A stretch of DNA of 59,705 nt, from assembly GCF_001194135.2 (NCBI RefSeq), contig NC_068982.1, forward strand, positions 116,807,932 to 116,867,636, read 5' to 3'. Position 1 is the stretch's first letter; every line of letters starts with the position of its first letter. The notes beneath the pieces were generated by a model. That model did not search any database. It had not been told where the DNA came from and was given only the letters and a program-made list of their open reading frames with translations. Positions 12,154-25,018 of the stretch are shown here, piece by piece. Source of the stretch: Octopus bimaculoides (lineage: Eukaryota). The position numbers and the translations under genes are program-made.

Positions 12154-12859
12154 GTTCTTACATTGTCACCTGACTTTATTTCTTCCAACATCGATACAGC
12201 AAGTACCAACAAAGTGCCATCTTCCAAAGTTTGAAACATTGCCTCTCAGCTATAAATCAATATTATCTCGTAATAAATATCCTTTCGTGATTAATGTGTA
12301 TCACATCAGTAATTCAGTGTAGCCGTAAAATGATTCATATCTAATTATGGAAGAAAATAATGAATTTATGTTATGATAACATGATATGTACATAATTATA
12401 ATGTTTAATGCAGTGCTCGATTAAGCAACGCATAAATTTCAAATATCAATATAGCCAGATGTGTATCACACACGCCTTGACACTCAGGCATCCCCCTAAC
12501 AGCACACAAATATCACACACACACACACTAAAGGAGACAGGACCCCGATGTTGTCAGAGAAATAGCCTTACTCGATAAGCCGAAAAGAAGTAGGTATAAG
12601 TTCCACATGCTGTACCCTATGTAAACTATGGATACACAAGAGGTATGGTGGAGTTACACTCAGGGTAACCGATGAGGTAAACCTCGAAGTGACAGTTCAC
12701 TGGTATAATAGGTTCTATGAGTAAAGCGGAAACAGATACTCTTAAATGCTCGACTTGTTAGAAGTTGTCTATAAACTTCAGTTACCAAGGAGGCATAATT
12801 AGAAGGGTAGGACTTTGCTCACAAAGTATAATAGCTAGGGTAAGTACGATTCGAAAACG

Positions 12860-13000
12860 TTCGGAAATCTGTTGGTAACAAACCCAGAAGGATTAAAGGC
12901 AAAGTTGACCCCGGTGACATTTGAACTCAGAACGTAAAGACGGACTTAATACGCTAAGTATTTTTCCCAATATGCTAACGATTCTGCCAACCCGCCCAGA
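12860..13000 (-). mobile_element. Partial SINE (head half, same family as 6862)
   Basis: aaaggcaaagttgacccc...tttgaactcagaacgtaaagacgg...gctaacgattctgcca. Confidence 0.8.
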
Positions 13001-14168
13001 ACCTCGATTTAATATTGAATCAGTTGCACTCACAGCTGATGTTTTCGAGTTTGCTCTTCTGATATACATCACTCACGTTCAAGGTGCCAATTATAATACT
13101 AAAGGGCGTTCTTTGATTAGAGAAAGCCCGTATAGTTGTGATATCACTGCAAGAGACGATACTGATAGTGACTTTTGTTACCGTCGAATGTCTTGTTTTC
13201 TGAGTTGATATATAAAACCGGATCAACAACGCAGCAACTAGAGTTATGGTAGTGCTTGGGCGTTGTCTTATTAAAATGGCAAGTGGGTTGCTTTTAGTGT
13301 AAGTGCTATGGATTTGATGCATTGACTTCTTAGTAGATAGCTGAATGTACAGTCATAATATAGACATAGTCTCTTGCGAAAGGTATAGCGGCAGATTTTG
13401 TGAACTCATTTTCTTTACGCGGATAGGGGTGGAGCAATTTCTGAACTGATTGATCCTAGCATTGTTGTTTTATTAATAGAGATATTGTAAATATGAGATG
13501 ACGTCATGCTTTCCACGCTAGTTGAGTTTAATAAGACTTTCATGTTGATTTCAGATGGTGAAAATGATGGGAAATGATTTCCTCTTGTTGATAGAGTTAG
13601 TAGAAGTAGCAGCAATAAGAATTATAGTAAAAGTAGAAGACGATGATGATGACTAGGACGACAGGGGCAATGATGATGATAATAAAGATAATGTTGCCAT
13701 AATGGTAGATATGGTTATCGAAGAAAGGTGAGAAGCTGTACCATCAGTAAAAGGATGGACAGTAACGAGGTCATTAAGGTCAGTGCTAAAGAGAGATTAT
13801 TGTTTTTGCTATAGCTGCAGCTGAACTGTATCAAGAGAATATTAAATGGAATTGTTTCACATATATTTTAAGGAGATGAAAGGCCTTCGAAATTTGCTTT
13901 AGTTGTTTTCAAATTGTCTTGCTGATAGTTTATTGAAGAGTGTGACAGTGTTGACATATTAGATATAATACGTGTGTGTTCCAGCTGGAGATAAGCCCAA
14001 CCAGGCATTGACAATATCAATTTCACTCTCTTTTATGTTTATTGCAGACATGGGTTTGCTTAACGTGATATGGGATTTCGAAGTAATATTCGTTAAATGA
14101 CAGTTGCATACACGCACACACACACACACACGCACGCGCACATACACATACACACACACGCACACACG

Positions 14169-14205
<37 letters not shown>

Positions 14206-14629
14206 ATACACAGATATTGTCGTTAGCTTTTTGGGAGATGTGTATATTCATGTTTCAAAATAGACGTGTGAAGTTCGATTTTGAAATAGATTTTGTTTAT
14301 AGAAACTTCTATGTGCAAGAATAAACAAGAACATTTATTTGTGGTTCAGAGTGAAATATTGTGTGACTAATATAAAGATTTTATTTGTTATTTGCGTAAA
14401 AATATATACGAAAATTTGCTGTTCTACTGTTTTGAGTGCTGTGCAAAATGTTCGCGCACGCGTATAAATAAACGAGAACATTTGTTTGTGCTTCTGTATC
14501 GCGCAGAAATAAAAGGAACATTTGTTTGCCTTTCGATAAGTAGTTAAAATATTGCGAATTTAAAAAAACACTTCTAGATTTTCAAACTTTCAGAAAGAGA
14601 AAACATTTGAAAAGTGTTCAGTCGAATGC

Positions 14630-14738
14630 ATCAATGTAGCATTATCCATCCATCCATCCATCCATACATACATACATACATACATACTTACATAATACAT
14701 ACATGCATACATACATACATTTATATGTGCACGTGTAC

Positions 14739-14822
<84 letters not shown>

Positions 14823-14862
14823 GTACATACATACACACACACACACACATATATATATATAA
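14630..14862. repeat. Compound microsatellite (CCAT/ACAT/CTAT/CA/TA)
   Basis: Tetra- and dinucleotide runs visible directly. Similar compound tracts at 15236-15375, 30797-31085, 35308-35408 and 45850-46200. Confidence 0.95.
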
Positions 14863-15316
14863 ATGAATATATATATATTTAAAAGTTTTAGTGTCTTTGT
14901 AGTTTTTATAGCATTTATTATTAGTTCCAGTTTATGGTTTGGTGTAACGCGTTTTCAGGAGTTCTGCTGTATGACAAGTTCGTACGTATTTGATTCATTT
15001 AAATTGTGTATGTTGTGTGTGTATGGAACGAAGCTGAAGTTTAACAAACTATATCCTATACCGCTTCCAAAGAACAGCCTACGGATCTGCAACTTCTTTC
15101 TCTCTTCTTTCTTTTTGCAGCGCAACTACAGAGGCTTCTGGTTCTGCTGGAGGAGATTTCTTTATGCTACTTCCTCTGAGATCCTTTCTATGTGTTCTAT
15201 ATGTGGGTACATTGTGGATTCTCATGCATAAATGTACATATGTATGTATGTATGTATGTATGTATGCATGTATCTGTCTGTCTGTCTGTCTTCCTGCCTG
15301 CCTGCCTGCCTGCCTG

Positions 15317-15371
<55 letters not shown>

Positions 15372-16360
15372 GTCTTTCTATATTGTATACATGAGTGTGT
15401 AACTCTTTCTCTTTCTCTCTATTTCTCTCTATCTTTCTCTTTCTCTATCTATCTGTCTATATGAAACGAAAATGCTCTAAGAGAAATAAGAGTATCCATT
15501 TGAATGAAGAATAAAGGCATATTAAATGCTATCTTATAATAATTCTGCTTGTCATTACGTTACTTAGCCCGCCGGGAACGCTTTCATGGGATTAGAGAAA
15601 CAGAGGAAGAAAGAAAAGAGTGAGAGAAGAAAGAAGAGAGATAGATAGAGAAGCGTTCATGACGTGAGGTATAGGCAATGCAATTGTAACGCTTTTGTGT
15701 GATTAGTTCAAGGGAAAAAAAGGAGAAAGAAAAAGAGGATAAGGTGAAAAGTGAGACAGAAAGAGAGAAAGAGAAAAAGAGCATCCATGACGTGTAGGTA
15801 AGGGGAACGTAATATTTATTACGTGGTTAAAAAAAGTTAGTTGAAAGTAGTAATATATAGAAAAAAGAGTTAGAAATATAATTTTAGCAGAAGGGTGTTG
15901 TTCTGATAACGGGGTTAAAGAAAGGCAGAGAAAAAAGATAGATAGATAGATAAATAGAGAGAGAGAGAGAGAGAGAGAGGGCTATGATGATTGTGGTGGT
16001 GTTGGAAGTGGAGATCATAGTGGTGGAAGTGGTTGTGGTGCGTGGATAGTGAAAAGTGTATGTTTTTAGAACTGAACTAAGTTTATTTTATATTACTTAT
16101 CACTTAAAACATGCGCATAAGTGCAATTCCGTGAAATATTTACGCTTATTTACGTCGCAGTTATGTGCAATTTAACTAAAGGTTGTTCTGTATTTATTAA
16201 ATTTATCTCCGCTTTAGATAAGATAAAAGATAACATAATTGCGTGATAGCATTTGGGGGCAAATCTGAAATAAGAACGGGAGATAATCACAATAATAAAC
16301 ATCTAATGAAAATATAGTTACACACCCACACATCTACTCACATACCCTCATATATATATT

Positions 16361-16600
16361 CTTTATTCTTTTATTCTTTTACTTGCCTCAGTCATTTGAC
16401 TGCAGCCACTCTGGAGCACCATCTTAAAGGTGTTTTAGTCAAAGAAATCGACCCCAGGAATTATTCTTAGTAAGCCTAGTACTTATTCTACCGGTCTCTT
16501 TTGTCGAACAGCGATGTTACAGGGACGTAAACACACCAGCATAGGCTGTCAAGCGATGGTGCGGTGACAAATGATGCCACAAAGACACACATAGAAATAC
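16361..16600 (-). mobile_element. Tail half of the composite SINE at 3200-3707
   Basis: cttttacttgcctcagtcatttgactgcagcc..ctggagcacc...gaaatcgaccccagg...gggacgtaaacacaccagca is the reverse complement of the 3540-3707 tail. Confidence 0.85.
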
Positions 16601-16639
16601 ACACACACATAGTTTTCTCTCTCATATTTTCTCTAATTC

Positions 16640-17245
16640 CTTTTTCTCTTTTTCACTGTTTTCTATCTGTCTCTCTCTCCCCTCTTTCTCCTTTACTCTC
16701 TCTCGTTGCTCACACGTGACCAACGTTCATCTTTCTTTTTCTCATTTGATCATCTTTCTTTTCTTTCAAGGCCGTCCTAGAGCCTGTACGTATCCTATCT
16801 ATTCCTCTCCTCTGTCTTTTCTGTTGTCAAAGAAAATATTTCTCAAGCGTTCGCTATTTTACCCTCGTTCTGATCTAACGACCCTCCATGTTTGTTTTCC
16901 TTCGGTTTCCTTGTATATCGCCACTATTCTGTTTTTGTTCCCAACTTTGACCCTCCATAAATCCCAAGTTCTATTTTGGTATTTGTGGGAGCAACTGCCT
17001 TCGAAGACTCATATTGTCGTTCAATGCTCGAAATGAGGAGTAGATAGGTAGCTGACAACGGATGAAGAATCAGTCTTTATGTTAGTTGTCCTGTTTTCCA
17101 TTTGTTTCTCTCGTTGTTTGCGTATTCAACTCATCTGTTTTCGATTTCGTGTTCTTTCCTGTTTGTGACGTCCTGTACCCATATATGCATATATATATTA
17201 TTAGTATTATTATCTGATTGAACGCCAAGCATCCATTTCCAAGTA
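16640..17245. mobile_element. Non-coding dispersed repeat family (pyrimidine-rich body, gctNacacgtga motif, GUA..gacaa-CUGANGA motif); possibly Penelope-associated
   Basis: Shares gtYgctSacacgtgaY, gccttcgaa, gtagat..gacaac.gatgaag and gaYgtcctgtac with 21960-22490 and 36095-36400. Related pieces at 46320-46820 and 51480-52230. The Penelope link is inference. Confidence 0.55.
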
Positions 17246-17255
17246 TATACATACA

Positions 17256-17303
<48 letters not shown>

Positions 17304-17943
17304 NNNNNNNNNNNNNNNNNNNNNNNNNNNNNNNNNNNNNNNNNNNNNNNNNNNNNNNNNNNNNNNNNNNNNNNNNNNNNNNNNNNNNNNNNNNNNNNNN
17401 NNNNNNNNNNNNNNNNNNNNNNNNNNNNNNNNNNNNNNNNNNNNNNNNNNNNNNNNNNNNNNNNNNNNNNNNNNNNNNNNNNNNNNNNNNNNNNNNNNNN
17501 NNNNNNNNNNNNNNNNNNNNNNNNNNNNNNNNNNNNNNNNNNNNNNNNNNNNNNNNNNNNNNNNNNNNNNNNNNNNNNNNNNNNNNNNNNNNNNNNNNNN
17601 NNNNNNNNNNNNNNNNNNNNNNNNNNNNNNNNNNNNNNNNNNNNNNNNNNNNNNNNNNNNNNNNNNNNNNNNNNNNNNNNNNNNNNNNNNNNNNNNNNNN
17701 NNNNNNNNNNNNNNNNNNNNNNNNNNNNNNNNNNNNNNNNNNNNNNNNNNNNNNNNNNNNNNNNNNNNNNNNNNNNNNNNNNNNNNNNNNNNNNNNNNNN
17801 NNNNNNNNNNNNNNNNNNNNNNNNNNNNNNNNNNNNNNNNNNNNNNNNNNNNNNNNNNNNNNNNNNNNNNNNNNNNNNNNNNNNNNNNNNNNNNNNNNNN
17901 NNNNNNNNNNNNNNNNNNNNNNNNNNNNNNNNNNNNNNNNNNN

Positions 17944-17984
<41 letters not shown>

Positions 17985-18208
17985 ATATATTTGCAAACGT
18001 AAATATATGAGTTTTCACAGACACGTTACAACCAGAATACAAATATAGTCAAATATTCAGATAATTCAGATAACAAGCGCCACATGTAGAGTTTTATATA
18101 TATATATATAAATACATAGATAGATAGACAGATAGATAGATAAATAAATACACACAGGAACGCATGTACTCACACACATATAAATACAGACATATACATA
18201 CACACATA

Positions 18209-19017
18209 GAGGGTCCGATGGGTAAATTGTCATTATTTTATATTTTTCATTTTGCGCATGTGCATTGTTTGTTTTTTCTTTTGTCGACTGCACAGTATAG
18301 CAGGATCAGTTCTGCACCGTCTATGAGAAAAACAGCGCCATGAGGTAATTCATTCTACCAGAAATTTGGAAACGACATGCTGAACTGCTTCGCATTCGTG
18401 CCAGATGCTCCAATACGAATATTTCAGTGTTTGGGTGTCAATTTAGGACAGGTGATGGCAATGTTGTGCCTCCATTCATCTTCTCATACGGCCTCAAACT
18501 CAACACGGAGGCCTACATCAAGTGCCTGGAAGAGGTGGTGATACCCTGGATCAAGAGGGTAGCTGCTGGAAGACTCTATGTCAAGCAACAAGACACTGCA
18601 CCATGCCACACAAAGAGGAGAACCCAGTTAGAGCTGTCAGACAATTTCTACTACCACATCACCCCTAACATCTAGCCACCTAACTACCCAGACAGCAACC
18701 CCCTTGATTATTGTGTGTGGCGCGCAGTTGAGCGAGAGACCAACAAAACTCTTTGTGACACCAAAGATGAACTGAAGTCAAGGATTATGGCAGCATTCAC
18801 CAACTTAAACAAGGAGATCGTCCAGAAGAGTTGCAGGAGAATCCGAAGTCGTCTGGTGGCCGTGGTTGAAGCTAATGGCGATTTTATGGAATAAATTTAA
18901 TCTTTAGTATTTCAAGATATTTTTATGTAATTTTGGTAGATATATCTGTTAAAATGAGATATCAATGTTATTTTCCTTTTTTCGTAATTTAGACGACAGT
19001 TTATTCCCCGCACCCTG
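18209..19017 (+). mobile_element. Internally deleted maT/DD37D-like Tc1/mariner element
   Basis: TA flanks (18207-18208, 19018-19019) and imperfect TIRs (gagggtccgatgggtaaattgtc vs rc cagggtgcggggaataaactgtc). N-terminal remnant (LPEIWKRHA) joins near 18450 to GDGNVVPPFIFSYGLKLNTEAYIKCLEEVVIPW...QQDTAPCH...I*PPNYPDSNPLDYCVW...EANGDFME*. Confidence 0.92.
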
Positions 19018-19106
19018 TATGTGAGTTTTTCACTGACACGTTACAACCATAATAAACATACTCAAATATTTAGATAACAAGTGCCATAGGTAGAGTTTTG
19101 TGTTTT

Positions 19107-19465
19107 ACGCATTCCAGTCATTGGATTGCGGCCATGCTGGAGCACTACTTTTGATGGTTTAATCGAAGAAATCGACTGCAGTACTTATTGTAAATCTGGC
19201 ACTTATTCTCTTTGTTTCTTTCGCTCAAACGTCTAAGTTATGAGGACGTAAACAAACCAGCACCGGTGGTCAAGTGGTGAAGGCGGACAAACTGAAACAC
19301 AAAAACGCACATATATATAGAACTGGTTTCCACGCTATTTCCGTCTACCATACCCACTCACAAGTCATAGGTTGGACCGGGGTTGTATTAGAAGACATTT
19401 GCCCAATATGCCGAGCAGTAAAACTAAAACTAAAACCACGCGGTTGCAAGTCAAGCTTCATAACT
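19107..19465 (-). mobile_element. Diverged full copy of the composite SINE at 3200-3707
   Basis: Tail (cagtcattggattgcggccatgctggagcac...gacgtaaacaaaccagcacc) followed by head (tttccgtctacca..ccactcacaag...gaagacatttgcccaa), both reverse-complemented. Confidence 0.8.
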
Positions 19466-20581
19466 CCGTGTATATGGTATGCTTACATCTATCTCTATTT
19501 ATTATTAATTATCATTATTCGAAAAAATTCAGTGGAAATATTTAGCTTTATTGAGATTCAAAACTATAAAAGCAGGAAATATTACATTTATAAATTTTAT
19601 TTACATTTGCAGTAGCTAAATATTTGTAGACTACTAGATATGGGAACGATTAGCTGAATGAGGTAAAAACAAAGAATGAATAATGTGTTTAAAAGAGGAC
19701 AATATCAAATTCAAAACAAGAAATGGCAGTTAGATGTGTGTTTCATATGTATATAAGTGAGTAAATGAGCGTGTGTATGCGCTCGTATGAGTGTGTGCGT
19801 GCGTAACTGTGTGTTTGTGTGTTAACAGACAATGCGGTTGGAATAATTATTTTTGTTCAAAAATGATCATGAGGAATAGAATATAAATATAATTGTTTAT
19901 GATGTATAATTAATAGTTAATACATTTAGTCGTTAATGAATGCCATATAGACGTGTGTGTGTGTCTGTGTGTATTTGTGTATGTGTGTGCATGTGTATGT
20001 ACATGTGTGTGTGCGCGCGCTTCACGTACACATTAAGGTTGGCTACCTGGTTATTTTTATAATACAAACGATGTTAATCTTATATTTTATATTTTTATTT
20101 GATGCCATAGAAAGCTTTATTGTTTAATGTAAATGCTTTGAAACTTATGCCAATTAGTTATAAGACAGTTAAAACTATTAATTACGTTACTAATGAGAAT
20201 CATTATCTTGTGCATAATTCTAACGACGTAAAGTTTATTTTTGTGGTAGGCGAATATATACATATATATGTTTAACGACGTAGAGTAAATATAATGTAAA
20301 GTTCGATGTTTAGAATGTAACTTTTATACTGTTTGGATAAATAGGGTTGAATAATTGGCCAAAACATTTTAAATGCACTGTAGAGAGAAGGAGACTATCA
20401 TTGCTTTAAGTATTCTTAATATTTCAGCTGCGCACGAATATACATATAAGACCGATATATAACGCTTTGCATATTTTCAGATGAATAACTTAGAGATCCC
20501 AAACTTAATTCCTTGAACTTATATATATATATATTTGTGTGTGTGTGTGCGTGTGTGTATGTGTGTGAAAAATGTATTAGA

Positions 20582-21116
20582 TACTACAAAATGTACACAA
20601 AGGACAGATCCCCGGACACTAATTTTTCATTAGTTATCGACCGAAAATACTAATACCTAGCTCCATGCCTTTAAAGATAAAACTAGGAGCTTTGTTTATT
20701 GACGGCACCCGCAAGATTTGTGTAGAATTAGGGCTCGAGCAAACAAAATAATACAGGGCGGACGTACGAAAGTAAACAATATTAATTTGAAACGATAGAC
20801 GAAGACAATAGATAAATAAAGCCTTAGGGCCAAACACGAGATTGGTGGATTAACGCCTGGAAGAAATCCTCAAATGAATATAAAGAACAGAATTGAGAAG
20901 AGAGAAGAAAAAGATTGACAAGCACGCTAGGCGTCCAGTGGCGAAAAGGCGGAAAATAGAAAATCAGTCACCGGACAAATGTGGGTACCAGATAGAAGGG
21001 AATGAGGGAGAGAGTATATACATAAAAACTTGCGTTAAATACTACACAACGTACACGTTGGACAGATACGGAAGGACCCCAATTCTTCATCAGTTATCGA
21101 GCGAAAATACTAATAC
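20582..21116. mobile_element. ~535-bp non-coding element with ~75-bp diverged direct terminal repeats
   Basis: tactaca..gtacac..ggacagat....tcatYagttatcgaScgaaaatactaatac occurs at 20582-20656 and 21040-21116. Confidence 0.55.
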
Positions 21117-21224
21117 TCAGTTTCGTGCATTTATATAAGGATATTACTGTTTACAATAATACCAAGTGGCACAGTATGCGTAAAAAAATGTCATAAGGTA
21201 AAACAAAATTTAATTGATAATTAA

Positions 21225-21565
21225 GGGTGCTGCAAATAGCACTAGCACGCTAAAAATAGCAGTCAGAAGACGACTAGCACCACAAATTTTAACTGATACA
21301 CTTTAAGTGAAATCAGGAGAATGAGCAGAAATTCTAAGCCCCCGTACCAATAACGAAAAGAATCGTAAGTTAAAAAGCTAGACGTGTAAATTGAAAAGCC
21401 AGACATGTCTGGCTTATCAGTTTACGATTCTTCCCGTTATTGGTACGGGGGTTTACAATTTCTGCTCATTCTCCCGATTTCAATTAAAGTGTACCAGTGA
21501 AAATTTGTGGTGGTAGTCATCTTGTGACTGCTATTTTTAGCGTGCTGCTGCTATTTACAGGACCC
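21225..21565. mobile_element. 341-bp foldback (MITE-like) palindrome with TTAA flanks
   Basis: The arms pair over almost the whole length (gggtgctgcaaatagc.../...gctatttacaggaccc). Perfect 20-bp central palindrome aagccagacatgtctggctt (21396-21415). TTAA at 21221-21224 and 21566-21569. Confidence 0.8.
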
Positions 21566-21959
21566 TTAATTATTTCCATTCTGGTAATCTGATTAGAAAA
21601 AGCTGTAAGATTTGTTATGTCATGCATTGTATCAATAAATAAGCTATGAAATGGGGTCCAATCGATGTGCTTGGTTAATCTACGTTTTTCGTCATTTTTT
21701 AATTATTTGCATTGGTTCCTGATAAACTCTTTTTTATCCTGTTGTTACCTGCGCTCGACGTATATGGTGTGCTTGCACACCATTGGCCGGGGTAACAGGT
21801 AACGCATGCTGATAGTATATACGGATACTTTATCCCTTAGTTGGTCACTACAACCGCTAACTTTGTTTATATATATATATATATATATATATNNNNNNNN
21901 NNNNNNNNNNNNNNNNNNNNNNNNNNNNNNNNNNNNNNNTATACATACATATATATATA

Positions 21960-22490
21960 TTCTCTCCCTTTCACCGTTCCCTATCTCTCACTCCTCCTCC
22001 TTGACCCTCTCGTCGCTGACACGTGACGAAAGGGATTCTTTCTGTCTATTACCTGCCTTCCTATAGAGTAGACGTGATTTCTTTGTCTCTCATTCACATC
22101 TAACTAGCGTTCAAAATAATTATTTTTCTATCATCTTGGCCTAACAGCCCTTACCGTTTGTTTTCACTGTTCTGTTTTGTTTTTACTGTCTTTTACTGTC
22201 TTGTTCTCACTGTCCTGTTCTTGTTTACACTTTCACCCTCCGCAAAAAAATTCCATATTTTATTTAATTTGCTTTGCGGGAAGGACTGTTCCAAGTCGCG
22301 TATTGTCCTTGCCTTCGAAACACGAAGTAGATGGAACAGGGACAACTGAAGAAGGGAAATATTGTTGCATGTCTCGTTTCTCTGTTTTTTTCGTTGTTCG
22401 AAAAAAAACGTTCTTCGTCTTAATATTTTCGTTTCTCATTGTGTTTAACATTTTTTGTGATGTCCTGTACATTGTCATATTAATTTGAGT
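21960..22490. mobile_element. Copy of the non-coding repeat family at 16640-17245
   Basis: gtcgctgacacgtgacg; gccttcgaaacacgaagtagatggaacagggacaactgaagaaggg...gttgcatgtctcgtttctctg...gatgtcctgtac, nearly collinear with 36095-36260. Confidence 0.6.
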
Positions 22491-23813
22491 TTTGAAAATA
22501 AAATTAATAAGATTTGGATCTATTACCAGGTTTGTGCATTCTAATCCTCAATTTATGCACTCACTGGCTCGGATTATATTTATGACAGCCGGTGTCAAAA
22601 ATGCAAATGGGGAAAATTGGATAAGTGAACTGAAGTTAGCATTTAATAGACAGTGTTAATGTTTAAGAAAGAAAATGGCATAAAACCGGTGAAATTCAAA
22701 ATATACAGAAGGGGCTCGTATACTGAAATAATGCATGTATTCTGGGATAGAATAGAAAGGTGGATAACATACATTTAAATTCTGTGGTTCAAATTTATTG
22801 CAAGGCTCATCTTATAAATGATGACACACACAAACGCACACACACACGCACACACACAGAAGCATACACACGCACGCACACATACTCACAAACACGAACA
22901 ACACTACCACTCACTCACACAAACACACACATATATTTGTGTGTGTGTGTGTGTGTGTGTCCTGGCTGACATGTATAACTAAATATATTACTGAGCGCTC
23001 AGATTTGCCTTTAACGAACGAATTCAGATCACGTAAAATAGAGAGAAATAATGTGTTGACACCACAATAAAATATACCAGCTACACATTTTATGATAGCG
23101 AGTTAAAGAACTGACATAACATCGAGTACAGTGTGCCCCTTCGTCTTGCTAAAGAAAGAACAAGCTATATATTACTTGGTCATATAGACTGCATTTAGAT
23201 CCCTTTGTAAACAGATTAGCTAAAATCGGAATGTATAAGAAGACATCTAAGAGAATAGTAAATCTTTGTAAGAAATGACTTGATTTGTAACTACAGAGTC
23301 AACCCATTTCAGAAATGGAATAAAGACGTAAAACACTGAAGGTAATGGTGAAGTGTATACACTTGTGTGTGCGTGCATATATGTATGTATACATACACGC
23401 ACGCACACAAACACACATGTATTGATGGAGCAAATAGAAGTCGATGAGTTGATCGTAGTAATCCACAAGAAGACAGAACTCTAACATTTAGTAATATTAC
23501 TTGGTGATTATTTTCTTCTTGCTACACGGCCAGATGTTACGACTTTCATCTCTTCACAGAATACTACTAAACGTGTGGCTAGTGGTCCGTATTTATTCAT
23601 GAACACACAAAATTACAAAAAGCACATCTCTGTGTGTATATATGAACACGCACACGCACATACACACATATATATATACCTGTTATATATACCTATTATA
23701 TATATATATATATATGCATACATACACACATATTAAATGTATACCTATATATATATATATAGATATATATATATATGAATACATATATATGTGTATGTAT
23801 ATATATGTTTACG

Positions 23814-23854
<41 letters not shown>

Positions 23855-23864
23855 NNNNNNNNNN

Positions 23865-23910
<46 letters not shown>

Positions 23911-24319
23911 GTAGGTGCGTATGTATGTCATAGAAAAGAGTCTTAATACATTCTAAGAAATGATAAGAAAAATAAATTATGGTAAAGACTCAGGGTAAAG
24001 AACTGCAGTGAAAGAAATTGTAATACATAAAAAGCAAAATAGTATTTTGATTGGTGACTGGACTCGTTTTATGGAGATAGTAACTGTTCATTAAATATAA
24101 CGACAGTTATTGATATTTTATTCGTAATATATTCTCTTCTAAAACTGCCAGCTTTATATCTTATAGTTTTTTAATATTCTCTATTGTGTGTAATTGCAAG
24201 TGAAAGAATAACAGAGAGAGAGAAAAAAAGGGAAAGAGAAGCTCTGACAAATAGTGAGAAAGAGAAAGAAAGAGGGAGAGAGAGAGAGAGAGATAGAGAG
24301 AGGGAGAGAGGGAGAGAGA

Positions 24320-24357
<38 letters not shown>

Positions 24358-24599
24358 ACAGAGCGAGGAAGTGAGACATAGGTAGACAGATGGAGGCTGA
24401 CGAAAGAACAGAAATGGGATACATAAAAGAGAGAAGAATATAGGTTGTTCCGGATAAATATATATNNNNNNNNNNNNNNNNNNNNNNNNNNNNNNNNNNN
24501 NNNNNNNNNNNNNNNNNNNNNNNNNNNNNNNNNNNNNNNNNNNNNNNNNNNNNNNNNNNNNNNNNNNNNNNNNNNNNNNNNNNNNNNNNNNNNNNNNNN

Positions 24600-24635
<36 letters not shown>

Positions 24636-24654
24636 TTCATGTATGTATACGAAG

Positions 24655-24900
24655 GCGCCTAGCCTAGAGCTTAGAATGTTAGGTTTATGATCAAAAGGTC
24701 GTGAGTTCAATTCATGGACCGGACAGAGTACATTGCTCCAGTTTATTCGACCGATAACGAGCACCAACACAGTGTTGGACATCCCCTACCCTCTGCAGAT
24801 GTCACATATACCATGTGCCACTAAATCAATAGTGAGAGGGACGTTGATGGCATGTACGTCTACACGTGGCTGCATGGAGCTCTAAGCAATTATTTAAAGC
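24655..24900 (+). mobile_element. Degenerate tRNA-headed SINE
   Basis: ggcgcctagcctagag...aaggtcgtgagttcaattc (A/B-box-like). The body is not assignable. Confidence 0.5.
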
Positions 24901-24965
24901 ATGGTGTATTTTACCAGGTCATGTTCGCTAGTGAGTGACGGCTATAGATTTCATGTATGTATCTC

Positions 24966-25018
<53 letters not shown>

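Noticed and set aside
12672-12692. CCGAUGA-GG-uaaa-CC-UCGAAG hammerhead-like string
   Set aside because: Both core boxes are mutated and no stem I or III is present.
13020-13615. Degenerate LINE RT (PFARDYVY resembling LFADD)
   Set aside because: Flanking RT motifs are not in register; insufficient evidence.
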